From the NCBI GenBank assembly GCA_963827965.1, contig CAWHCW010000018.1, forward strand, positions 188,198 to 252,197: DNA of 64,000 bases, read 5' to 3'. The notes under the pieces are model-generated. The model was given only the letters and a program-made list of their open reading frames with translations, had not been told where the DNA came from and did not search any database. The position numbers were made by a program, and so were the translations under genes. The DNA comes from an uncultured Chloroflexia bacterium. Lineage in GTDB: Bacteria; Chloroflexota; Limnocylindria; Limnocylindrales; CSP1-4. Positions 20,510-30,668 of the stretch are shown here, in pieces. The first letter of the stretch is position 1. Each line of letters begins with the position of its first letter.

Positions 20510-21802
20510 ATGACCACGAGCGATCCCTCACTGCCGGTGGACGACCGCCGCGTCATCCGAGACCTGGCGGCGCGGTGGGCGGAGCTCGCCGCCCAGCCGG
20601 TCATGGCAGAACGAAGGCGCCAGTGGCGTGCGCTCCACGATCTGCGGCCGGAACGGCCGATGATCCTGTTCGAGACCTCGTCGATCGACGGCTATGTCGC
20701 GCCCGACGAGCTCCGCTGCGTCAACCCGGCCCTGCGGGCCGTCGAGAAGACCATGCGGGACAACATCCGACACGCCGAGGAGGTCGGGGACGACATCGTC
20801 CTCGAGCCCTACTTCCGAATCGGTTGGGACATCGAGAGCAACGGTTTCGGCGTCGAGGTGGTGACGACCGAGGCGGTCGTGCCCGCGGACGAGGTCCCGC
20901 TCGGGTACACCTTCAACTTCCCGATCCGCGAGCCCGGCGACACCAGGCTGCTGCACCGACGGGAGTTCAGCGCCAACCGGGCCAGGACTCTCGCCCGCAG
21001 CAGGTTCCTCGAGGATGCCTTCGGAGACCTGCTGCCGGTCCGCGTCGGGAACTACGATCAGTTCCTGACCGAGCCGCCCGGCGAGAGCTGGGCGGGCAAC
21101 TACTTCATCGGCCTGACGTGGCAGATCTACCGCTTCATCGGCAACGACGGGCTGCTGTACTGGCTCTACGATGCTCCCGAGACGATCCACTGGCTCATGG
21201 AGTACATGACCCAGGATCGGGAGAGCATGTTCTTGTACCTCGAGCACGAAGGCCTGATCGTGCCCAACACGGACAACCAGATGGCTGGGCCGCGCGCCTA
21301 CGGCTACGTGTCTGAGCTGCCCGGGCCGGACAGTGCACCGCCCACCGGACTCAGTGACGTGTGGTGCTGGGCCGATTTGCAGGAGACGACGACGATCTCG
21401 CCCGCGATGTACAAGGAGTTCGTCCTGCCGTACATCGCCCGCCTGACGGCCCGGTTCGGCCTTGTCTACTACGGCTGCTGCGAGCCGGTGCACGACCGCC
21501 TCGACCTGATCATGGAGGCGATCCCCAATCTCCGTTCGGTCTCCGTCTCGGCGTGGGCCAACTTCGGCGCGGTCGCCGACATGCTGGGGCGGCGGTACGT
21601 CTACTCGCGCAAGCCGAATCCTGCCTTCATGACCGGCACGAGCCCCGACTGGGACCTCGTGGAGCGGGACCTGCGCACGACGTACGCGGCCGCCCGGGAC
21701 TGCAACGTCGAGCTGCTCTTTCGGGACCTCTACTCGATCAGGGGCGATCGGGCGCGGCTCGCCAGGTGGGTGCGACAGGCTCGGTCGATCTTCGAGGCCT
21801 GA
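20510..21802 (+). CDS. uncharacterised 430-aa protein; weak resemblance to URO-D/MtaA-like TIM barrels
   Basis: Intact ORF with coding-like third-position bias. The C-terminal pattern YYGCCEPVHDRLDLI..NLRSVSVS..SRKPNP is reminiscent of URO-D-like enzymes. No confident family assignment from reading alone. Confidence 0.55.
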   Translation: MTTSDPSLPVDDRRVIRDLAARWAELAAQPVMAERRRQWRALHDLRPERPMILFETSSIDGYVAPDELRCVNPALRAVEKTMRDNIRHAEEVGDDIVLEPYFRIGWDIESNGFGVEVVTTEAVVPADEVPLGYTFNFPIREPGDTRLLHRREFSANRARTLARSRFLEDAFGDLLPVRVGNYDQFLTEPPGESWAGNYFIGLTWQIYRFIGNDGLLYWLYDAPETIHWLMEYMTQDRESMFLYLEHEGLIVPNTDNQMAGPRAYGYVSELPGPDSAPPTGLSDVWCWADLQETTTISPAMYKEFVLPYIARLTARFGLVYYGCCEPVHDRLDLIMEAIPNLRSVSVSAWANFGAVADMLGRRYVYSRKPNPAFMTGTSPDWDLVERDLRTTYAAARDCNVELLFRDLYSIRGDRARLARWVRQARSIFEA

Positions 21803-21805
21803 GTC

Positions 21806-21925
21806 ATGGACGCATCCCCCATCGTTGCCAGCTGGCGGGCCGAGAAGTCCGCCCTCATCGACCCATGCACCGACCCGACGACCAGGTTCCATCACCGCCT
21901 CGAGGAGGTCTTCCACCTTGACTGA
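21806..21925 (+). CDS. possible 39-codon small ORF (MDASPIVASWRAEKSALIDPCTDPTTRFHHRLEEVFHLD)
   Basis: ATG 4 nt after the previous stop. 34 of 39 third positions are G/C. The end overlaps the rhaB TTG start by 8 nt. No recognisable family. Confidence 0.2.
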   Translation: MDASPIVASWRAEKSALIDPCTDPTTRFHHRLEEVFHLD

Positions 21926-23415
21926 CACCGCGCTCCGGATGGTCGCCATCGACCTCGGCGCGGAGAGCGGGCGCGCCGTCGTCGGCACCTTCGATGGCGG
22001 GCGCCTGGCCCTGGAGGACGTGCACCGCTTCCCCAACGTCCCGGTCACCCTGGCGGGCACCCTCCACTGGGATTTCCTGCGCCTCTTCGGCGAGGTGACC
22101 GCGGGCCTCCGGCGGGCCGCCGCCAGCGGGCCGGTGGCGTCCGTCGGCGCGGACACGTGGGGCGTCGACTTCGGGTTGCTCGACGCCCGCGGCCGGCTGC
22201 TGGCAAACCCGGTGCATTACCGCGACCGGCGCACGGAAGGGATGCCCGACCACGCCTTCGCGATCGTGCCGCGCGACGAGATCTATGCCGCGACGGGCAT
22301 CCAGTTCATGCCCATCAACACGCTCTACCAGCTCTTCTCGATGGTCCGCGCGGACGACCCGTTGCTGGGCCAGGCCGACCGGCTGCTGATGATGGCCGAC
22401 CTCTTCCACCACTTCCTGGCCGGGAGCGCAGTCGCCGAGTACACGAACGCGAGCACCAGCCAGTGCCTGGATCCGGTCGCCCGCGACTGGGCGCGGCCCC
22501 TCCTCGCTCGCTTCGGCATCCCGACCGGGATCCTGCCGCCGATCGTGGCGCCGGGGACGGTCCTGGGTCCCGTGCGCCCGGACGTGGCGGCGGACACGGG
22601 CCTGCGCAACACGCGCGTCGTGGCGCCGGGCTCGCACGACACCGCGTCCGCCGTGGTCGGGGCGCCGCTCGCGGGCCCGACGACCGCCTTCCTGAGCTCC
22701 GGGACGTGGTCGCTGATCGGCCTCGAGGTGCCCGCCCCGGTGATCACCGAGGTGACCCTCGCGGCGAACCTGACCAACGAGGGCGGCGTCGCGGGCACCG
22801 TGCGCCTCCTGCGCAACGTGGCGGGCCTCTGGCTGGTCCAGGAGAGCCGCCGGGCGCTCTGGCCGGCCGGCGATGCCCCCTCGTACGAGGAGCTGGCGGC
22901 GCTCGCCGAGGCGGCGCCCGCGTTCACGGCGTTCATCGACCCCGACGACGAGCGCTTCCTGCGTCCGGGCGACCTGCCCGCGCGCGTGCGCGCGTCCTGC
23001 GCCGAGACCGGGCAGCCGGTCCCCCACGATGCCGGGACGCTCGTCCGGGTGCTCCTCGAGAGCCTCGCGCTCCGCTACGCCGTCGCGGTCGACGAGCTCG
23101 ACGGCGTCATCCGGTCATCCCATCGAGGCGATCCACGTGGTGGGCGGCGGGTCGAACAACCGGCTGCTGTGCCGCCTCACCGCCGGCGCGACGCACCTGC
23201 CGGTCCGGGCTGGACCCGTGGAGGCGACGGCGATCGGCAATCTCGCCGTCCAGGCCATCGCCGCCGGTGAGCTGGCGGACGTGGCCGAGGCCCGGGCGCT
23301 CATCGCCAGCTCGTTCCCCGTGACCACCTACGAGCCCGAGGGTGACTGGGCCGAGGCGCGCGCGCGCTTCGCCACGGTCGTCGCTCGACCCGCGCCGGCA
23401 TCCACCACGCCCTGA
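21918..23415 (+). CDS. rhaB: rhamnulokinase (FGGY family); frame break near 23108
   Basis: AIDLGAESGR, DTWGVDFGLLD, PGSHDTASA and HVVGGGSNNRLL. TTG 21918 has a GAGGAGG SD 9 nt upstream (alternative ATG 21939). The tail is in the frame of ORF 22873..23415. Confidence 0.85.
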
Positions 23416-23429
23416 CGAAGGAGACCACC

Positions 23430-24651
23430 GTGGCCCTGACCGCGTCCATCGCCCGCCCCGCCACCGCCCCCGCGCTCGAGCGGATCGAGTGGGCCGTGAG
23501 CGGCCTCGCCATCGAGCTGCCGTCGTGGGGCTTCGTCAACACCGGCACGCGCTTCCGGGTCTTCCCGCAGCCGGGCGTCCCCCGCAACGCCTTCGAGAAG
23601 GTCGACGACGCGGCCACGGTCAACCGGTACACGGGAATCGCGGGCTCGGTCGCCCTCCACATCCCCTGGGACCGGGTGGACGACTGGCCGGCCTTCACGG
23701 CCTACGCGGCCGAGCGCGGCCTGCGCATCGGCGGCATCAACAGCAACACCTTCCAGGACGAGGATTACAGGCTCGGCTCGGTGTGCCATCCCTCGGCCGC
23801 CGTACGGGCCAAGGCCGTCCGGGCCATCGTCGAGTGCTGCGAGATCGCCGCCGCCACCGACTCCAAGGTCGTCAAGGTCTGGCTGGGCGACGGGACCAAC
23901 TACCCCGGCCAGGACGACATGCGCTGGCGGCGCCACCGGCTCGTCGAGGGCCTGCGCCGAGATCCACCCGCACCTCCCGGCGGGCGTGCGCATGCTGCTG
24001 GAGTACAAGCTGTACGAGCCGGCCCTCTACTCCACCGACGTCCAGGACTGGGGCCAGGCCCTCGCGGTGTGCCGCGAGGTCGGCGAGCAGGCCGCAGTCT
24101 GCGTGGACACGGGCCACCACGCGATGGGCGTCAACATCGAGCAGATCGTGGCGATCCTCCTGGCGGAGGGGCGCCTCGGCGGCTTCGACCTCAACGACAA
24201 GAAGTACGGCGACGATGACCTCATGGTCGGCTCCATCGACCCCTACCAGCTGTTCCGCATCGCGCACGAGCTGGTCAACGCCATGCGCGACGACGGCGAC
24301 CCGGTCGCCCAGGGCTGCGCCAGCGAGGTCGTCTACATGCTCGACCAGTGCCACAACATCGAGCCGAAGATCCCGGCCATGATCCGCTCGGTCATGACCC
24401 TCCAGGAGACGGTGGCCAAGGCGCTCCTCGTCGATCGCGAGGCGCTCCTCGCGGCGCAGGCGGCGGGCGACGTCCTGGAGGCGAACCGCCTGCTCGCCGA
24501 TGCGTTCGCGACGGACGTCCGGCCGCTCCTCGCGGGGCTGCGCACCGCGCGCGGCCTGCCGGCCGATCCGTTCCGGGCCTATCTCGACAGCGGCGAGGCC
24601 GAGGCGCGGGCCGCCACCCGGGCAGGTGGCACCGCGGCCGGCTGGGGCTGA
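23430..24651 (+). CDS. rhaI: L-rhamnose isomerase, xylose-isomerase-like TIM-barrel (actinobacterial / P. stutzeri) type; frame break near 23955
   Basis: GAAGGAGA SD. Translation includes LPSWGFVNTGTRF, KVWLGDGTNYPGQDD, LLEYKLYEP and DTGHHA. Joined from ORFs 23430.. and 23986..24651. Confidence 0.8.
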
Positions 24652-24696
24652 CGCGTGCCCGCCGGGACTGACACCTGCCCGCCGGAGGAGGCGAAC

Positions 24697-25521
24697 ATGG
24701 CGATCAAGGAACCCTTCCCGGAGCTCGACGAGCTCCTCGCGTCCATCGGTGAAGGCGGGCAGCGCATCGCGACCATCGATGCCGCCGAAGGCGCCGCCGG
24801 CAACATCTCGGTCTGCATCGGCTGGCCCGTCGAGATCCGGCGGCGCTTCCCCGTCGTGGAGGAGATCCGGCTGCCCCAGCCGGCCCCCCACCTCGCCGGC
24901 CGGGTCGTGATCGTCACCGGATCGGGCCGCCGCCTGCGCGACATCGCTGCGGATCCGGCGGCGAACCTCGGCGTCGTCCGGGTCAGCGACGACGGCGCGA
25001 GCGGCACGCTCCACACCTCGCCGCGGCGCCTCTTCGAGCGCCTGACGAGCGAGTGGAACTCGCACCTCGCGGTCCACGACGATACCGTGCAGCGAAGCGG
25101 GACCAACTTCCACGCCGTGGTCCACGCCCAGCCGCCGCACCTGACGTACCTCAGCCACGTCCCGGCCTACCGCGACGAGGAGCAGTTCAGCCGGCGCCTG
25201 CTGCGCTGGGAGCCCGAGACCATCATCAACCTGCCGGCCGGAATCGGCGTCCTGCCCTTCATGCCCCCGGGCTCCCGGATGCTGATGGACGCGAACGTCG
25301 AGAGCCTCCGCAAGCACCGGCTCGTCCTGTGGTCGAAGCACGGCGTGATGTCCCGCTCCGACGTCTCGGTCACGCGCGCCGTGGACCGGATCGAGTACGC
25401 GGAGGCGGCGGCCCGCTACGAGTACATGGATCTCGTATGCGGCGAGCGGGCGGAGGGCCTCACCCCAGACGAGATGCGCGCCGTCGTGCAGATCTTCGAC
25501 GTCAAGACCACGGTCGTCTGA
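24697..25521 (+). CDS. rhaD: rhamnulose-1-phosphate aldolase (class II aldolase)
   Basis: 274 aa, the same length as E. coli RhaD, with matching stretches (VIVTGSGRRLRDIAADPAANLGVVRVSDDG, LVLWSKHGV). GGAGGAGG SD. Intact. Confidence 0.8.
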   Translation: MAIKEPFPELDELLASIGEGGQRIATIDAAEGAAGNISVCIGWPVEIRRRFPVVEEIRLPQPAPHLAGRVVIVTGSGRRLRDIAADPAANLGVVRVSDDGASGTLHTSPRRLFERLTSEWNSHLAVHDDTVQRSGTNFHAVVHAQPPHLTYLSHVPAYRDEEQFSRRLLRWEPETIINLPAGIGVLPFMPPGSRMLMDANVESLRKHRLVLWSKHGVMSRSDVSVTRAVDRIEYAEAAARYEYMDLVCGERAEGLTPDEMRAVVQIFDVKTTVV

Positions 25522-25523
25522 AC

Positions 25524-26721
25524 ATGCCCCGACCCACCCTGAACACGCACATTCACCTGCCGCCCAACTTCTCGGCCTTCGCGACCGCCGAGGACGCCGT
25601 CGAGACCGCTGCGGCGGAGGGCATCCGGGTTCTCGGCGCGTCGAACTTCCACGACCATCGGATCTACGGTCGCTTCGCCGACGCGGCCGTGGCGGCCGGC
25701 ATCGTCCCGCTCTTCGGCCTCGAGCTCATCAGCGTCGTCGATTCCCTGCGCCAGGCGGGCACGAAGGTCAACGACCCGGGCAACCCCGGGCGCATGTACC
25801 TCTGCGGCAAGGGGGTCAACCCGTTCGCGGCGCCGACGGCGACCGCGGCGCGCCTCATGGCGCAGGCCCGCGCTGCGGATACCGAGCGGATGCGGGCCAT
25901 CGTGCCGCTGCTCCGCACCCGTTTCGCGGAAGCCGGGCTGGCGACGGCGCTGACCGCTGAGAACATCGTCGACGAGGTCGCGGAGGCGGCCGGCGTCCCG
26001 CGCGCGTGGGTGGTGCTGCAGGAGCGCCACGTTGCGATGGCCTTCCAGGAGGCGCTCTTCCTGGCGGTTGCGCCCGAGGGTCGGCGCGCGCTCCTCGCGC
26101 CGGCTGTTCGGGAGACCCGCCGACGCAGCGGTGGACGATCCGATCGCCGTCCAGGGGGAGATCCGTTCGCGGCTCATGAAGGCGGGCCGGCCGGCGTTCG
26201 TGCCGGAGTCGCCGGTCTCGTTCGACGACGCCTACCGGCTGATCCTGGAGATGGACGGCATTCCCTGCTATCCCACCCTTGCCGACGGCGCCTCACCGGT
26301 CTGCCCCTGGGAGGCGCCGCCCGACGCGCTCGCGCAGCGCGTGCTCGAGCGGGGCATCCATGTTGCCGAGCTGATCCCGAACCGGAACCGGCCGGCCGCC
26401 GTCGACGCGTATGTCGCCGCATTCCGCGGTGCCGGCATCGTCGTCCTGGCCGGCACGGAGCACAACACGCCGGAGCGGATCCCGCTGGAGCCCCGCTGCG
26501 TCGACGGGTCGCTGCCGTCGCCCGGCGCGCGCGCGGCGTTCTGGGAGGCGACCTGCGTCGTGGCTGCCCATCAGCACCTCCGGGCGTCCGGTCGGCCGGG
26601 CTACGTGGACGGCCACGGCCGGCTCAACCCGGGCTTCCCGGACGGCGAGGCGCGCATCCGCTGGTTCGCCGAGCAGGGGGCGGAGCTGATCGGCGCGGCG
26701 TCCCTGGCAGGGGCCCGATGA
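25524..26721 (+). CDS. uncharacterised ~399-aa protein with PHP/amidohydrolase-like metal motifs; frame break near 26100
   Basis: N-terminal LNTHIHLPPNFSAF, and later GTEHNT and AAHQH. The start is 3 nt after the rhaD stop and the stop overlaps the next start (ATGA). Confidence 0.55.
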
Positions 26722-28848
26722 GCGGCCGGCAGATCGGCCGACGGGAGCTGCCTCCGACGCCGGTCGCGGCGCTCGAAGAGCTGATCGAGGTCGCCCGGCG
26801 CTTCGGCCGTGACCCCGAGTTCAGCCGGGGGGGCGGCGGCAACGCCTCGGCCAAGGTCGACGGCGTCCTGTACATCAAGCCGAGTGGCGTGGCTCTCGCA
26901 ACGCTCGCCGCGGACGATCTCGTGCCGCTCGACATGGAGCCGTTGCTGGCGCTCCTCCACTCCGGCGCCGCGACGGCCGACGACACGGCGGCCGACGATG
27001 CGGCGGCCGACGACAGCGCGGCCGACCAGGGTGCCGACAGCGGGCGGGACCCGGTCATGCGCACGGCCATGGCGGCCCGCCTGGCCGACGCCGGCGGGCG
27101 CCGGCCCTCCGTGGAGCTGCTGTTCCACGCCTTCCTGCCCGAGCGCTTCGTGGTCCACACGCACCCCGTCGACATCAACGCGGTCACCTGCAGCAGCGAC
27201 GGCGGCGCCCTCGCCGAGCGGCTGTTCGGAGATCGCGCGGTGTGGGTGCCCTACACCGACCCCGGCCTTCCGCTCGCCCGGGCCATCGTCGAAGCTCGGC
27301 GGGCGCACGCCGAGCGGACCGGCCTGCCGGCGCCGCCGATCACCGTCATGCAGAACCACGGGATCATCGTCGGGGGGGACGCGGCGGCCGAGATCGACGA
27401 GCGATCCGCGTGGCTCGTCGAGGCCGTGCGATCGGCGCTGGACCGCGCCGCGACGGCGTCCGCTGCCCCACCGGCGGCAGATGCCGCTCCGGCCGCCATC
27501 GACGCGTCTCGAGCGCGGACGCTGGTCGACGTGATCGCGCCCTCGCTCCGCGGCCTCCTGGCAACCGGCGACGCGCTCCGCGTGATCACGTTCGACGACG
27601 GGCCGCTCGCGGCGGCATTCACGGCCACGCCGGCCGGCCGGGGCTTCGTGCTGGGCGGGCCGCTGACCCCCGACCAGATCGTCTACACCGGGTCGTGGCC
27701 GCTGCTCCTGGATGTCCCCGGGAGCGTCGACCCGGACGCACGTCCCGCCCCTCCTGCGCGCACGCCTGGCGGAGCACGTCGCCGCCCACGGCACGAGGCC
27801 CATCGTGGTGGTCGTGCCGGGTCTCGGCCTCTTCGCGGCGGGCGACACCTGGGAGCAGGCCGACACGGCGCGCCACGTCTACCTGGATGCCCTGCGCGTC
27901 GGCCAGGGCGCGCACCTGCTCGGCGGCGTGCGCGCGCTGGCCGACGCCGAGCGGACCTTCATCGAGGCGTGGGAGGCGGAGGCCTACCGGCGCGACGTGG
28001 CCGCCGGCGCCGCTGGCAGCGGGCGCTTCGCGGGCAGGGTGGCGCTCGTCACCGGGGCCGCCCAGGGCTTCGGGCTGGCGATCGCCGCCGACCTCGTCGC
28101 CGAGGGCGGCCACGTCGTGCTCGCCGACCTGAACGCGGCGCTCGCCGAGGTCAACGCCCGCGACCTGGAGGCCCGCCACGGCCCGGGGCGGGCGTGCGGC
28201 CGCCGCCGTGGACGTCATGGACGAGCAGTCCGTGGCCGACGGCCTCCACGCCACGGTCGTGCGCTACGGCGGCCTCGACCTGCTCGTCTCGAACGCGGGG
28301 GTGCTGCGCGCCGGCGGCGTGACGAGCCAGCCGCTGGCCGAGTTCGACCTCGTCACCAGGGTCAACTACCGGGGCTACTTCCTGGGCGTGCGGGCGGCCG
28401 CCCCGATCATGGCCCGCCAGCACCGCGCGAAGCCCGACCACCGGAGCGACATCATCGAGATCAACTCCAAGTCCGGGCTCGTCGGCTCCAGCCGCAACAG
28501 CGCCTACGCGGGCGTCGAAGTTCGGCGGCATCGGCCTCACCCAGTCGTTCGCCCTGGAGCTGGTCGGCGACGGCGTCAAGGTCAACGCGATCTGCCCGGG
28601 CAACTTCTTCGACGGGCCGCTGTGGGCCGACCCGGAGAACGGCCTCTTCGTGCAGTACCTCCGCGAGGGCAAGGTGCCCGGGGCGACCATCGATCGCCGA
28701 CGTCCGCCGCTTCTACGAGGCCAAGGTCCCCATGGGCCGAGGCTGCACGCCGGCGGACGTGCTCGAGGCGCTCTACTACCTGGTTGCCCAGCAGTACGAG
28801 ACCGGCCAGGCCCTGCCCGTCACGGGCGGCCAGGTGATGCTGAGCTGA
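26718..28848 (+). CDS. bifunctional class II aldolase / short-chain dehydrogenase (RhaEW-like rhamnulose-1-P aldolase / lactaldehyde dehydrogenase); at least 4 frame breaks
   Basis: Aldolase half: GGGGNASAK, FVVHTHP, VMQNHGII. SDR half: ALVTGAAQGFG, NSAYAGSKFGG, PVTGGQVM. Frame changes near 27735, 28195, 28515 and 28695. Confidence 0.8.
26972..27041 (+). repeat. imperfect 15-nt-period tandem repeat (GCGGCCGACGA core) inside the aldolase domain
   Basis: Four to five units at 26972, 26988, 27003, 27018 and 27031, encoding TADDTAADDAAADDSAADQGADS. Confidence 0.6.
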
Positions 28849-28917
28849 ACCGCCACCCGGCAGGTGCGGCCGCCCCGCCCGCGGCCGCCCCGCCCTGCCG
28901 CCACGAGGAGTCGCCCG

Positions 28918-30668
28918 GTGAACGAACCGCCCCCGCCAGCCCCGGCGCTGCCGGCGACCCAGCACGCGATCCAGTTCGTCGGCCCCGGGCAGCTGGTCCA
29001 CAACCGGGCCAAGCCCGTGCCCCGGCCCGGCCCGACCCAGCTCCTGCTCAAGGTCGAGGCGGTCGGGATCTGCTTCTCCGACACCAAGCTCCTCAAGGCG
29101 TTCTCGACCCACCTCCGGAAGGCCGAGGTGCTCGATGGCATCGACGAGGCGGCGCTGGCGGAGATCCCGAGCTACGTGCCGGGCGAGCTGCCGACGGTTC
29201 CCGGCCACGAGGTCGCCGGGCAGGATCGTGGCCGTCGGGGCGGCCGTCGCCCGGCACGCCGTCGGGGAGCGGGTCCTCGTCCAGACCGACTACCGGCACC
29301 TCCCGACCCCCGGCACGAACGCGGCCTTCGGCTACAACTTCGAGGGCGGGCTCCAGGAGTACGTCCTCCTCGACGAGCGGATGATCATCGAGCCCGGGAC
29401 CGGCGAGCGATTCCTCATCCCCGTCGACGAGGCGCCGAGCGGCTCTGCGGTCGCCCTCCTGGAGCCGTGGGCCTGCGTCGAGGCGTCGTACGCGTCGCGC
29501 GAGCGCGCCTCGCTGGCGCCCGGCGGTCGCCTGCTCGTCGTGGCCGACGCGGGGCATGCGATCGAGGGGCTGGCGTCGCTGCTGGCGGCCGGGACGCCCG
29601 CCGCGCTGACGGCGGTCGTCGCGGAGGATGCCCAGCGTCTGCTCTCGAAGCCGTGGTGGATCCTGCCGCGCCGGGGATCGCCTTCGTCGCCGACGCGATC
29701 GCTCTGCCCGTCGAATCCTTCGACGACATCGTCTACTTCGGGGCCGATGCCGATCACATCGAGCAGCTCCAGGGCCTCCTCGCCCCGCGTGGCGTGATCG
29801 ACATCGTCCTGGGTGGGAGGCGGATCGGGCGGGCCGTCGCGGTGGACGTCGGCCGGATCCACTACGACCTCACCCGGTGGGTCGGCACGCCCGGCGCCGC
29901 GGCGGCCGCGGGCTACGCCATCGCGCCGGCGGACGGCGAGCTGCGGGCCGGCGACCAGGTCGCCGTGATCGGCGCCGCCGGTCCGATGGGCCTCATGCAC
30001 GTCATCCGGACCGTCACCTCGGCGCTGCCCGGACTGACGCTGACCGCGGTCGACATCGACGACGCCCGCCTGGCCCATCTCGCCGCCATCGCCGGCCCGC
30101 TGGCCGCGGCGCGGCGGATCCCGGCGGTCTTCCTCAACGGCCGCGACCACCCCGACCGCAGCCCGGGTTCAGCTACGTCGCGGTCATGGTGCCGGCGCCG
30201 CCGCTCGTCGCCCAGGCCGTGGACCTGGCGGGGACGCGGCGCCCGGATCAACATCTTCGCCGGGTTCGCGGCGGGCACGCGGGCGGCGCTCGACCTCGAC
30301 GCCGTGCTCGCGCAAGGGCGCCTACCTCTTCGGCACCAGCGGCTCCGAGATCGCCGGACATGAAGACGGTCCTCGGGAAGCTCGAGCGCGGCGAGCTGGA
30401 CACGAACATCTCGGTCGACGCCGTCACCGGCATGGAGGGCGTCAGGGAGGCGCTCGCCGCGGTCGAGGCGCGCACGTCGGGCGGCAAGATCGTCGTCTAC
30501 CCGACCCTCCACGAGCTGGGCATGGTCCGGCTCTCGGAGCTGGCCGCACGCTTCCCGACGGCCGCGGCGGGCCTCCGGGACGGACGCTGGACCCGCGCGG
30601 CGGAGGAAGCGCTGCTGGCCGCCGGCGCGGAGGAAGCGTCGCGGCCGAGCGGACGACGGCGGGCATGA
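28918..30668 (+). CDS. atypically long (~580 aa) MDR/zinc-type alcohol dehydrogenase family protein; at least 5 frame breaks
   Basis: GroES-like N-terminus ([21 protein letters not shown]), a first nucleotide-binding-like segment, then [15 protein letters not shown], and an MDR C-terminus (GGKIVVYP). Frame changes near 29218, 29650, 30160, 30235 and 30325. GAGGAG SD before GTG 28918. Confidence 0.55.

Noticed and set aside
14575-21810. The lower-GC block as a mobile genomic island.
   Set aside because: No integrase, transposase, tRNA gene, direct repeats or inverted repeats were found at or near either edge. Only the compositional shift is reported as a finding.
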